From Gammaproteobacteria bacterium (lineage in GTDB: Bacteria; Pseudomonadota; Gammaproteobacteria; WFUO01), in the NCBI GenBank assembly GCA_015484945.1, contig WFUO01000061.1, forward strand, positions 88,066 through 152,065: a stretch of DNA of 64,000 nucleotides, read 5' to 3'. Numbering within the stretch: the first letter of the stretch is position 1; every line of letters starts with the position of its first letter. Position numbers and translations under genes: made by a program. The notes beneath the pieces were generated by a model, which saw only the letters and a program-made list of their open reading frames with translations, was not told the DNA's origin and did not search any database. This document shows positions 21,265 through 32,621 of the stretch, in pieces.

Positions 21265-22653
21265 ATGCTGGAAATCTACAACAACCTGACCCGCAAGAAA
21301 GAGGTCTTTACGCCCATTGATCCTGCCAATGTACGCATGTACGTGTGCGGCATGACGGTGTATGACTACTGCCACCTTGGTCATGCGCGGGTACTGGTGG
21401 TGTTCGACGTGGTGTACCGCTACCTGCGCATGATCTACGGCCCGGAGCACGTTACCTATGTGCGCAACATCACCGACATCGACGACAAGATCATCGCGCG
21501 CGCCAACGAACGTCATGAACCCTTTTCTGAACTGACCCGGCGGTTCATCGACGAGATGCACCGTGATGCCGAGGCACTGGGCGTGCTCCCGCCGGACCAG
21601 GAACCGCGCGCCACGACCCATATGGGCGAGATCATCGCCATGATCCAGACACTGATCGACAAGGGCTACGCCTACTGCGCTGGCAATGGTGATGTGTATT
21701 ACGACGTCAGCCGCTTCGAGCACTATGGCCAGTTGTCGGGCAAGCGGATCGAGGATCTGCAGGCCGGCGCGCGCGTGGAGGTTGATGAGGCCAAGGACGA
21801 TCCACTGGATTTCGCCCTGTGGAAGGCGGCCAAGCCGGATGAACCGAGCTGGGATTCTCCGTGGGGCAGGGGCAGACCCGGCTGGCACATCGAGTGTTCC
21901 GCCATGTCCACGCATTGCCTGGGGCATCATTTCGATATCCATGGTGGGGGCATGGATTTACAGTTTCCACATCACGAAAACGAGATCGCGCAGTCCGAGG
22001 CGGCCACCGGCGAAAAGTTCGTCAATGTCTGGATGCACAACGGTTTTGTGCGTGTCGATAACGAAAAGATGTCCAAATCGCTGGGCAACTTTTTCACCGT
22101 GCGCGAGATACTGGAACGCTACCGGCCCGAGGTGGTTCGCTACTTCGTTATCAGCAGTCATTACCGGAGTCCGCTGAACTTTTCCGACACCCAGCTGGAT
22201 ACCGCGCATGCGGCGCTGGATGCCTTTTACACAGCCTTGCGGGGTATCAGGCCTGACATCGACGCCGACGGCGGTGAATTCGAGGCACGCTTCCGTGAGG
22301 CCATGGATGACGATTTCAATACCGCCGGGGCGCTGGCAGTGCTGTCCGAGTTGCGTCATGAACTCAATCGCGCCCGCCAGGCGGGCGGGGACGCGCAGGT
22401 TCGGCGGCTGGCCGGGGTGCTGGTGCGTCTGGGCGAGTTGCTGGGTCTGTTGCAGGACGATCCCGAACACTGGTTCACCGGTGCGCAGGCAGGCGGGCTG
22501 GATCGCGAGGCCATCGAGGCGCTGGTGGCGCAGCGCGCGCAGGCGCGCGCCGACAGGGACTGGGCCGAGTCGGACCGGATTCGCGATCAGTTGCTCGAAC
22601 AGGGGATCGTCCTCGAAGACGGACCCGACGGGACAAGCTGGCGCAGGATCTGA
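21265..22653 (+). CDS. cysS: cysteine--tRNA ligase
   Basis: [15 protein letters not shown] start, HIGH-type motif CHLGHAR and KMSKS are present. The ORF opens at 21196, but the family start is at 21265. Confidence 0.95.
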   Translation: MLEIYNNLTRKKEVFTPIDPANVRMYVCGMTVYDYCHLGHARVLVVFDVVYRYLRMIYGPEHVTYVRNITDIDDKIIARANERHEPFSELTRRFIDEMHRDAEALGVLPPDQEPRATTHMGEIIAMIQTLIDKGYAYCAGNGDVYYDVSRFEHYGQLSGKRIEDLQAGARVEVDEAKDDPLDFALWKAAKPDEPSWDSPWGRGRPGWHIECSAMSTHCLGHHFDIHGGGMDLQFPHHENEIAQSEAATGEKFVNVWMHNGFVRVDNEKMSKSLGNFFTVREILERYRPEVVRYFVISSHYRSPLNFSDTQLDTAHAALDAFYTALRGIRPDIDADGGEFEARFREAMDDDFNTAGALAVLSELRHELNRARQAGGDAQVRRLAGVLVRLGELLGLLQDDPEHWFTGAQAGGLDREAIEALVAQRAQARADRDWAESDRIRDQLLEQGIVLEDGPDGTSWRRI

Positions 22654-22818
22654 GGAATCCCGGCCGGCGTTGGCGTGAGCCGACTTGTATTGTCGGAACC
22701 AGCGACGCATTATGGGGTCAGAGGATTGTGAGCCCCAAGGCATGGCAAGGGGTTGCCCGACCGATTATTCCAATAAATATATTATGTTGTAATACCATCA
22801 GAGAAGAGGTGACTGCCC

Positions 22819-23463
22819 ATGAAAGGCAAGCTAATGGCGCTGTTGATCACTGGCCTGATCACGGCCGGCGTCGCCACCGGCACTGAAAGCAGTGGTGGCA
22901 TGAAGGAAGACAAGACCCACGTGCAAGTGTGGAACGAATTTGCCCGCAACGTGTTCAACCTGCACAAGAAGCAGCTCATGGGGCGGCAGATCCGCAAGAC
23001 CTCCGAAGTGGGAGGCTATGTCGGCCGGCCGGCATTCTATCGTGAGGTCAATTATTACGATGCCAAACGCAACCTGCTGTTGAGCAAGATCCAGTGGGAG
23101 CTTAAGAATCCGCAGCACATCCACAGCATCGAGGTCTATGTTTACGACGACAAGGGCCGCGTGGTACGTGACTATACCGTCTCGTTCCTGCCCGACTATC
23201 GTAATGCCCCGGTGCAGGCATTGATCAATCTGCATACCTACAAGGACGGCGTTCACGGCATGCGTCAGTTCGACGCCAGTGGCGATCGCACCTACGAGAC
23301 CTGTGAGGGAACCTACAAGGGCAAGAAAGTGAGTTTCCGCCTGTTCGAGGATGACCTGGAAGGTGACGACGCCGATGTGGCCAGGCTGATGAAATCACCG
23401 CTGTACAAGGCCTGCATGCACAACATGCCGCCCAAGGTGAGCATGCACTACATGCCGCACTGA
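22819..23463 (+). CDS. hypothetical secreted protein
   Basis: Signal-like N-terminus (MALLITGLITAGVATG), a GAGGTG Shine-Dalgarno and an AT-rich upstream region. I recognise no family. Confidence 0.6.
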   Translation: MKGKLMALLITGLITAGVATGTESSGGMKEDKTHVQVWNEFARNVFNLHKKQLMGRQIRKTSEVGGYVGRPAFYREVNYYDAKRNLLLSKIQWELKNPQHIHSIEVYVYDDKGRVVRDYTVSFLPDYRNAPVQALINLHTYKDGVHGMRQFDASGDRTYETCEGTYKGKKVSFRLFEDDLEGDDADVARLMKSPLYKACMHNMPPKVSMHYMPH

Positions 23464-23495
23464 CCGGTTGCAGAAAAACCGTCACTGCATGTTTT

Positions 23496-23650
23496 GGCAG
23501 CCTGTCGGACTTGGAAGGCATCTACTGTGCTGACGGGAACACGGTGTAATTTTTCCCGCTTACTCGTTGCGTAGTGCTCGAAACCGGAAAGATTTGTCAT
23601 AGCGTTCCCACCATGCTCGCGACGATTCCCTGCGTCCGACTGGCTGCTAG
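23496..23650. repeat. about 155-nt extragenic palindromic element (family 2, copy A)
   Basis: Termini GCAGCCTGTCGGAC / GTCCGACTGGCTGC are inverted, and the interior also folds back on itself. A second copy lies at 45592-45760. The right end overlaps the folD stop codon. Confidence 0.8.
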
Positions 23651-24495
23651 TGCCGGGCAGCGGCCTCCAGGGTGTTTTCGAGCAGCATGGCGATGGTCAT
23701 TGGTCCGACCCCGCCCGGCACTGGCGTGATCGCCGCCGCGCGCTGGCTGGCCGCATCGAAATCCACGTCGCCAACCAGGCGTCCCTCGGGCAGCCGGTTG
23801 ATGCCGACGTCGATGACGATGGCGCCAGGCCGGATCCATTCCCCCCTGACGATGCCCGGCTTGCCGACTGCGACCACGAGGACCTCGGCGCGCCTAACAT
23901 GCGCCTCCAGATCCCGCGTGAACCGATGGGTGACGGTAACCGTGGCGCCAGCCAGCAACAGCTCCAGCGCCATTGGCCGGCCAACGATGTTGGAGGCGCC
24001 AACGATCACGGCCTCCTTGCCATGCAGGTCGATGCCGGTAGTCTCCAGGAGGCGCATCACCCCCTTGGGCGTACACGAGCGCAACACGGGTTTGCGCACC
24101 GCCAGACGCCCAATATTGTAGGGATGAAAACCGTCCACGTCCTTGTCGGTTTGAATCGTCTCGATAACGGTCTCCTCGTCGATGTGGGCCGGCAGGGGTG
24201 ACTGCACCAGGATGCCATCGATGGCCTGGTCGGCGTTCAGATCACGGATCAACGCCAGCAGTTCCGCTTCACTGGTGGAGGCGGGAAGGTCGAACGAACG
24301 CGAGACGAAACCGACCTCGTCACAGGCCTTGCGCTTGTTGCGTACGTAGATCTCCGAAGCGGGGTCGTCGCCGACCAGGATCACCGCCAGCCCCGGCGCG
24401 CGTTGCCCCGTCGATTTGCGCTCTTCCACACGTTTCTTGATCGTCTGGCGGATTGAATGGGCGAGGGCCTTGCCATCGAGGATCTTTGCGCTCAT
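23647..24495 (-). CDS. folD: bifunctional methylenetetrahydrofolate dehydrogenase/cyclohydrolase
   Basis: [12 protein letters not shown] start and [17 protein letters not shown] are present. The ORF extends to 24558, but the family start is at 24495. Confidence 0.93.
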   Translation of the reverse strand: MSAKILDGKALAHSIRQTIKKRVEERKSTGQRAPGLAVILVGDDPASEIYVRNKRKACDEVGFVSRSFDLPASTSEAELLALIRDLNADQAIDGILVQSPLPAHIDEETVIETIQTDKDVDGFHPYNIGRLAVRKPVLRSCTPKGVMRLLETTGIDLHGKEAVIVGASNIVGRPMALELLLAGATVTVTHRFTRDLEAHVRRAEVLVVAVGKPGIVRGEWIRPGAIVIDVGINRLPEGRLVGDVDFDAASQRAAAITPVPGGVGPMTIAMLLENTLEAAARH

Positions 24496-24617
24496 CGGCG
24501 GGGAACAACCTTGTGGTGATTTCGAGTAACGACATTTTCGCACCCAGCCTCCGACCATACAAGCGCTTGGGACGATACGCCGGGGCTGCTATAATTCCCG
24601 CTACGGGGCCAGCAGCG

Positions 24618-24646
24618 TTGACGCTTACCGGCACAGCAGGTAGAAT
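24618..24646 (+). promoter_or_regulatory. sigma70-type promoter of the tRNA cluster
   Basis: TTGACG (24618-24623), a 17-nt spacer, then TAGAAT (24641-24646), followed by the GC-rich discriminator CGCGTGCC typical of stable-RNA promoters. Confidence 0.65.
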
Positions 24647-24690
24647 CGCGTGCCTTGTCCGGTCGACAAGCTGCGTCGGACCCGGAAATT

Positions 24691-24767
24691 CGGGGTATAG
24701 CGCAGTCTGGTAGCGCGCCTGCTTTGGGAGCAGGATGTCGGGAGTTCGAATCTCTCTACCCCGACCA
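24691..24767 (+). tRNA. tRNA-Pro (anticodon TGG)
   Basis: Manual cloverleaf: acceptor CGGGGTA/TACCCCG, D stem GCGC/GCGC, anticodon stem CCTGC/GCAGG, loop TTTGGGA, T arm GGGAG-TTCGAAT-CTCTC, encoded CCA. Confidence 0.93.
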
Positions 24768-25042
24768 GTTTTCCCGGCGGCAGGGCAGGAAGGTCTGCTG
24801 GAGGTCATTTGAATGTGACCGGTTGGCAGTAGAGAGGTTCGAACTCCCGACGTTTCGATCAGGCGAGTTCGACAAGCGGCGAAGCCGCGCAGAACGCTGG
24901 AGGCATCGAAGATGCCGACGGCGGCCCCGAAGGGGTGAGGGCGAAGCCCGAATAATCTCTCTACCCCGACCAGTTTTCCCGGCGGCAGGGCAGGAAGGTC
25001 TGCTGGAGGTCATTTGAATGTGACCGGTTGGCAGTAAAGAGG
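24749..25042 (+). repeat. 205-bp-period tandem duplication that includes the 3' end of tRNA-Pro
   Basis: 24749-24837 and 24954-25042 are identical at 88 of 89 positions. Each copy starts inside the tRNA-Pro T loop and runs through ..CCCCGACCA plus about 70 nt of downstream sequence. Confidence 0.9.
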
Positions 25043-25102
25043 GCCGCGGGCCTCCCGACCCAAAAGCCCGGCCAGGATGGCAGGACATGGTGGCAGGATT
25101 TC

Positions 25103-25179
<77 letters not shown>

Positions 25180-25209
25180 TTTAACATTTTGCCCCAATGA
25201 CAGTATGAT

Positions 25210-25286
25210 GGTGGCTGTAGCTCAGTTGGTAGAGCCCTGGATTGTGATTCCAGTCGTCGTGGGTTCGAGTCCCATCAGCCACCCCA
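25210..25286 (+). tRNA. tRNA-His (anticodon GTG)
   Basis: Extra G at position -1, anticodon stem CTGGA/TCCAG, loop TTGTGAT, encoded CCA. Confidence 0.92.
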
Positions 25287-25395
25287 GTTGTCAGACTACA
25301 GGCCCGGTCGCCGGATATATGCAGCGCGGCCGGCGTGTCTTTCGACACGCTTGCGGCAGTCTGGCGAGGTAGCCGGCTCAGGCCGGGTTTTGCAT

Positions 25396-25471
25396 GGGCC
25401 GTTAGCTCAGTTGGTAGAGCAGGAGACTCTTAATCTCTTGGTCGTAGGTTCGAGTCCTACACGGCCCACCA
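25396..25471 (+). tRNA. tRNA-Lys (anticodon CTT)
   Basis: Acceptor GGGCCGT/ACGGCCC, anticodon stem GGAGA/TCTCT, loop CTCTTAA, encoded CCA. Confidence 0.92.
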
Positions 25472-25573
25472 TTCTTCCTTCTCCCTTCGTCCCGAATGTG
25501 AAAATCCCCGCCAACACCGCAAAAAGCTGTCATCCGGCCACCGCATGGCTATATAATCAAGGATTTGCCAGGA

Positions 25574-25659
<86 letters not shown>

Positions 25660-25720
25660 CTATCGGCGGTGAATATGCCGTGGGCAGGAATTCGAAAATC
25701 CAAAGAACCGAGGAACACAC

Positions 25721-27031
25721 ATGCAAGTCTCTGTAGAAAGCACTGGTGATCTGGAACGCAAGCTGACCATCCAGGTGCCGCCGGAACAGATCGAGAACGA
25801 GGTTGACAAGCGACTCAAATCGCTCGCGAAAAAGGTCAGGCTGGATGGCTTCCGTCCGGGCAAGGTGCCGTTGCGCGAGGTCAAGCGGCGATACGACAGC
25901 CAGGTGCGCAGCGAGGTCATCGGTGATGTCATCGACCGTAGCCTGCAGGAGGCGATTGCGCAGGAGAACCTGCATCCGGCAGGCGGACCGCATGTGGAGC
26001 CGGTGTCGATGAATCCCGGCGAGGCGCTGGAATACACTGCTACGTTCGAGGTCTATCCCGAGATCGAACTGGTGTCGCTGGCGAACGAGAAGGTCGAGCG
26101 GATCGTCACCGAGATCACTGACGAAGATGTCGAAAAGACACTGGAAAAACTGCAGATACAGCGCGTGACCTGGAATCCGGTCGAACGTCCGGCGCAGGAA
26201 GGCGACCAGGTGACCATTGATTTCGAAGGCTTCGTCGATGACCAGCCTTTCGAGGGTGGCAAGGGCGAGGGTGTGCCGGTGGTACTGGGCTCCGGCAGCA
26301 TGATCCCCGGTTTCGAGGAACAACTGACCGGTATCGAGGCGGGTCAGTCGCGTACCCTCGAGGTCACCTTCCCCGATAATTACGGCAACACGGCGCTGGC
26401 AGGCAAGGCGGCGCGTTTCGAGGTCACGGCGCGCGAGGTGGCCGAGCCGGTACTGCCGCCGATCGACGAGGCGTTCGCCAAAAGCCTGGGCATCGAAGAG
26501 GGTACGGTCGAGGCGCTGCGGCGCGAGGTGCGCGAGAACATGCAGCGCGAGCTGGACAACAAGCTGCGTACCGACCTGAAGAACAAGGTGCTCGAAGCGC
26601 TGGTCCGCGCCAACGACATCCAGCTGCCCAAGGCGCTGGTGGATGAAGAGATCAAACTGCTGATGCAGCAGATGCAGCAACAGGTCGGCGGCGACAGCAG
26701 CCTGAATCTGCCGCCTTCCCTGTTCGAGGACAAGGCGCGCGAACGCGTGGCCATGGGGCTGCTGATGGGCGAAGTGATCAAGAAAAATGACATCTCTGCC
26801 GATGATGAAAGTATCGAGGCCAAGCTGCGGGATATCACGGCCACCTACGAGGACCAGGAACAGGTCATTGCACAGTACCGCAAGAACCCGCAACTGATGC
26901 GCAATATCACCGGGCTGGTGCTCGAGGACAAGGTGGTCGAGAAACTCCTCGGCGAGCTGCAGGTCGAAGAGGTGAACAAGCGTTTCGACGAGGTCATGAA
27001 CAGTGATGCCGCAGGCGGCCAGGAACAATAA
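25721..27031 (+). CDS. tig: trigger factor
   Basis: [20 protein letters not shown] start and an FKBP-type domain ([22 protein letters not shown]). It heads the conserved tig-clpP-clpX-lon block. Confidence 0.96.
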   Translation: MQVSVESTGDLERKLTIQVPPEQIENEVDKRLKSLAKKVRLDGFRPGKVPLREVKRRYDSQVRSEVIGDVIDRSLQEAIAQENLHPAGGPHVEPVSMNPGEALEYTATFEVYPEIELVSLANEKVERIVTEITDEDVEKTLEKLQIQRVTWNPVERPAQEGDQVTIDFEGFVDDQPFEGGKGEGVPVVLGSGSMIPGFEEQLTGIEAGQSRTLEVTFPDNYGNTALAGKAARFEVTAREVAEPVLPPIDEAFAKSLGIEEGTVEALRREVRENMQRELDNKLRTDLKNKVLEALVRANDIQLPKALVDEEIKLLMQQMQQQVGGDSSLNLPPSLFEDKARERVAMGLLMGEVIKKNDISADDESIEAKLRDITATYEDQEQVIAQYRKNPQLMRNITGLVLEDKVVEKLLGELQVEEVNKRFDEVMNSDAAGGQEQ

Positions 27032-27041
27032 GGTAACCGAA

Positions 27042-27692
27042 ATGAACGATATGCATGGAAATGGTGGCGCAATGGAACCCCAGGGCCTGGGGCTGGTGCC
27101 CATGGTGGTCGAGCAATCACCGCGCGGTGAACGCGCCTACGACATCTATTCGCGTCTGCTCAAGGAACGTGTGGTGTTCGCCGTGGGCCCGGTCGAAGAC
27201 CACATGGCCAATCTGATCGTGGCGCAGCTGTTGTTCCTCGAATCCGAGAACCCGGACAAGGACATACACCTGTACATCAATTCACCGGGCGGCGCGGTCA
27301 CCGCCGGCATGGCAATCTACGATACCATGCAGTTCATCAAGCCCGATGTCAGTACCATGTGTATTGGTCAGGCAGCCAGCATGGGCGCTATCCTGCTTGC
27401 TGGCGGCGCCAGCGGCAAGCGTTACTGCCTGCCCCACTCACGCATCATGATCCATCAGCCACTGGGCGGGTTTCAGGGTCAGGCCTCGGATTTCGACATT
27501 CATGCACGTGAGATCCTCGCCATCCGCGAGCGTCTCAATCGCATTCTGGCAAAACACACCGGGCAGGATCTGGAAACGATCAAGAAGGACACCGACCGCG
27601 ACAACTTCATGGGTGCCGATGAGGCCCTGGAATACGGTCTCATCGACGAGGTGCTGACCCACCGCGAGCCCGGAGACAAGACGGCGACCTGA
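27042..27692 (+). CDS. clpP: ATP-dependent Clp protease proteolytic subunit
   Basis: Active-site contexts GQAASMGA and MIHQPLGG are present. The ATG at 27042 lies after the tig stop, while the ORF opens at 27003. Confidence 0.95.
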   Translation: MNDMHGNGGAMEPQGLGLVPMVVEQSPRGERAYDIYSRLLKERVVFAVGPVEDHMANLIVAQLLFLESENPDKDIHLYINSPGGAVTAGMAIYDTMQFIKPDVSTMCIGQAASMGAILLAGGASGKRYCLPHSRIMIHQPLGGFQGQASDFDIHAREILAIRERLNRILAKHTGQDLETIKKDTDRDNFMGADEALEYGLIDEVLTHREPGDKTAT

Positions 27693-27852
27693 GCTTGTCA
27701 GAAGGCCCTGGCGCTGCCATGATGGAATCAAGGGACTTTTGAATGATCAAAACCCTGTAACTGGTACGAGAATTGCAAGTTACTTGAAATCATCACGGTG
27801 GTGATGCATTGTTGACTGACAGGAATACTGAAAGAATACCGAGGTACAGGTT

Positions 27853-29127
27853 ATGAATGACGACAACGGCAAGAACGACGACAACGGCAAGCTGTTGTAT
27901 TGTTCGTTTTGCGGCAAAAGCCAGCACGAGGTGCGGAAACTGATTGCCGGTCCGTCGGTATTCGTTTGCGATGAATGTGTCGAGCTTTGCAATGACATCA
28001 TTCGCGAGGAAATGCAGGAGAACGCGGGTACCGATGTCAGCAGCCTGCCCAAGCCACACGAGATCAACGAAACCCTGAACGAGTATGTCATCGGTCAGGC
28101 ACGCGCCAAGAAGGTGCTCTCTGTTGCGGTGTACAATCACTACAAGCGTCTCGAGATCAGTCAGCAGAAGAATGATGTCGAGATCTCCAAGAGCAATATC
28201 CTGCTGATCGGCCCCACCGGTTCGGGCAAGACCCTGTTGGCCGAGACCCTGGCGCGGCTGCTCAACGTGCCGTTCACGATTGCCGATGCCACCACGCTGA
28301 CCGAGGCGGGGTATGTCGGCGAGGATGTCGAGAACATCATCCAGAAGCTGCTGCAAAAGTGTGATTATGATGTCGAGAAGGCACAGACCGGCATCGTCTA
28401 TATCGACGAGATCGACAAGATTTCGCGCAAGTCGGAGAACCCGTCCATCACGCGTGATGTCTCGGGCGAGGGCGTGCAGCAGGCACTGCTGAAACTGATC
28501 GAGGGCACCGTAGCCTCGGTACCACCGCAGGGTGGCCGCAAGCATCCTCAACAGGAGTTCCTGCAGGTCGATACCGCCAACATCCTGTTCATCGTCGGTG
28601 GCGCCTTCGCAGGCCTTGAAAAGATCATCAAGGATCGTTCCGAGAAGGGTGGCATCGGCTTTTCGGCCAGCGTCAAGAGCAAGGACGAGAACATCAACAT
28701 CGGCGAAACACTGTATGACGTGGAACCCGAGGATCTGGTCAAGTATGGCCTGATTCCAGAGTTCGTCGGTCGCCTGCCGGTGGTCGCGACGCTCGAGGAG
28801 CTGGACGAGGACGCCCTGGTGCAGATCCTCACCGAACCGAAAAATGCCCTGACCAAGCAGTACGCCACGTTGTTCGAGATGGAAGGCTGCGAGCTGGAAT
28901 TCCGCGAAGATGCCCTGCGTGCCATTGCCCGCAAGGCCATGGAGCGCAAGACCGGCGCGCGTGGTTTGCGCACCATCCTCGAGCACGTGCTGCTCGACAC
29001 CATGTACGACCTGCCGTCGATGGAGAATGCCACCAAGGTCGTCATCGACGAGGCGGTCATCAATGGCGAGGCCAAACCCTATATCATCTACGCCAGTGGC
29101 GAAAAACAGGCAGCCGGATCTGACTGA
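27853..29127 (+). CDS. clpX: ATP-dependent Clp protease ATP-binding subunit
   Basis: Zn-binding CSFCGK...CDECV and Walker A GPTGSGKT are present. Confidence 0.97.
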   Translation: MNDDNGKNDDNGKLLYCSFCGKSQHEVRKLIAGPSVFVCDECVELCNDIIREEMQENAGTDVSSLPKPHEINETLNEYVIGQARAKKVLSVAVYNHYKRLEISQQKNDVEISKSNILLIGPTGSGKTLLAETLARLLNVPFTIADATTLTEAGYVGEDVENIIQKLLQKCDYDVEKAQTGIVYIDEIDKISRKSENPSITRDVSGEGVQQALLKLIEGTVASVPPQGGRKHPQQEFLQVDTANILFIVGGAFAGLEKIIKDRSEKGGIGFSASVKSKDENINIGETLYDVEPEDLVKYGLIPEFVGRLPVVATLEELDEDALVQILTEPKNALTKQYATLFEMEGCELEFREDALRAIARKAMERKTGARGLRTILEHVLLDTMYDLPSMENATKVVIDEAVINGEAKPYIIYASGEKQAAGSD

Positions 29128-29256
29128 CCGGATCCTGAGTATTTTTATCAGTTATTTTGCCGGCATCCTTGAAACCGGCCGCCGCGCACCTTATCTCGTA
29201 GTGCACGGGGCGTCATGCGCCGCCGTCACATCACCTCATACCATTCGAGGAAAATA

Positions 29257-31692
<2,436 letters not shown>

Positions 31693-31712
31693 TCATGATC
31701 CGTACCGAAAAA

Positions 31713-31737
31713 GGCCGGGCATGCCCGGCCTTTTTTG
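31713..31737 (+). terminator. rho-independent terminator after lon
   Basis: GGCCGGGCATGCCCGGCC hairpin preceded by an A-run and followed by TTTTTTG. Confidence 0.9.
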
Positions 31738-31890
31738 TCATGTGTTTTCCTCTCTTGCCAACGGCTTAGCGCATGAATCTCATCCGGCCTTGTTGATAGG
31801 GAATGCCCGCTACGACGGGTACGGACTGTATGTCAATGAGAAGTCAAGCAGAGAACCGGCCATTTTTATGCCTGTTTTACAGGCTTTTTA

Positions 31891-31919
31891 TTGACAGCGC
31901 CGGGGTGCAAATGTATAAA
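31891..31919 (+). promoter_or_regulatory. sigma70-type promoter upstream of hupB
   Basis: TTGACA (31891-31896), a 17-nt spacer, then TATAAA (31914-31919), within an AT-rich upstream tract. Confidence 0.6.
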
Positions 31920-32034
31920 AACCGTGACGCAAGGGATTCGAGAGCAGCAATAAAAAATCAACCCTATTGCCACGAAACGAATCATTCCACAAAACGACAA
32001 CCCTCAAGATCATCCTGAAGGAAGGGGAGGCTTA

Positions 32035-32307
32035 ATGAACAAGACTGAATTGATTGATGCCGTCGCCGAAGCAACGGACACCTCCAAGGCTGCTGCCGGC
32101 AAGGCCGTGGATGCTGTATTCGACACCATCACCGCTGCCCTGAAAAACGGCGACCAGGTCACCCTGGTCGGCTTTGGCACCTTCCTGGTCCGTGATCGCG
32201 CTGCCCGCACCGGCCGCAACCCGCAGACCGGGGAAACCATCAACATCGCCGCTTCCAAGGCACCTGCATTTAAGGCTGGAAAAGCGTTAAAAGATGCCGT
32301 AAACTAG
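32035..32307 (+). CDS. hupB: DNA-binding protein HU-beta
   Basis: [12 protein letters not shown]...[26 protein letters not shown] is canonical HU. Confidence 0.97.
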   Translation: MNKTELIDAVAEATDTSKAAAGKAVDAVFDTITAALKNGDQVTLVGFGTFLVRDRAARTGRNPQTGETINIAASKAPAFKAGKALKDAVN

Positions 32308-32321
32308 CGCGCTTTCTGACG

Positions 32322-32397
32322 GGGTGCTTAGCTCAGCTGGGAGAGCATCGCCCTTACAAGGCGAGGGTCGGGGGTTCGATCCCCTCAGCACCCACCA
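32322..32397 (+). tRNA. tRNA-Val (anticodon TAC)
   Basis: Acceptor GGGTGCT/AGCACCC, anticodon stem TCGCC/GGCGA, loop CTTACAA, encoded CCA. Confidence 0.92.
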
Positions 32398-32405
32398 TCA
32401 GATCC

Positions 32406-32482
32406 GGAGCGGTAGTTCAGTTGGTTAGAATACCGGCCTGTCACGCCGGGGGTCGCGGGTTCGAGTCCCGTCCGCTCCGCCA
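32406..32482 (+). tRNA. tRNA-Asp (anticodon GTC)
   Basis: Acceptor GGAGCGG/CCGCTCC, anticodon stem CCGGC/GCCGG, loop CTGTCAC, encoded CCA. Confidence 0.92.
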
Positions 32483-32490
32483 TACGGTGA

Positions 32491-32527
32491 AAAAGGGCGC
32501 TTCCAGTGGGGGCGCCCTTTTTTTCTT
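32491..32527 (+). terminator. rho-independent terminator after tRNA-Asp
   Basis: AAAGGGCGC...GCGCCCTTT hairpin followed by TTTTTCTTT. Confidence 0.85.
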
Positions 32528-32621
32528 TCCCCAGCCTGTTATGGGGTATGATTGGGCGTGCGCCTGATTCGTACCAGGCGCGGCAGAAAAAATACTACAG
32601 ACAAAACAGGGTTTCGTATCC

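Noticed and set aside
24675-24688. GTCGGACCCGGAA upstream of tRNA-Pro matches the left end of family-2 copy B (GTCGGACCCGGGAA).
   Set aside because: The match is only about 13 nt with no continuation of the similarity, which is compatible with chance in GC-rich DNA.
24821-24960. Possible additional minus-strand tRNA suggested by the inverted T-arm GTCGGGAGTTCGAACCTCTCTA.
   Set aside because: I found no matching 5' acceptor strand, D arm or anticodon arm. It is better explained as an inverted fragment of tRNA-Pro.
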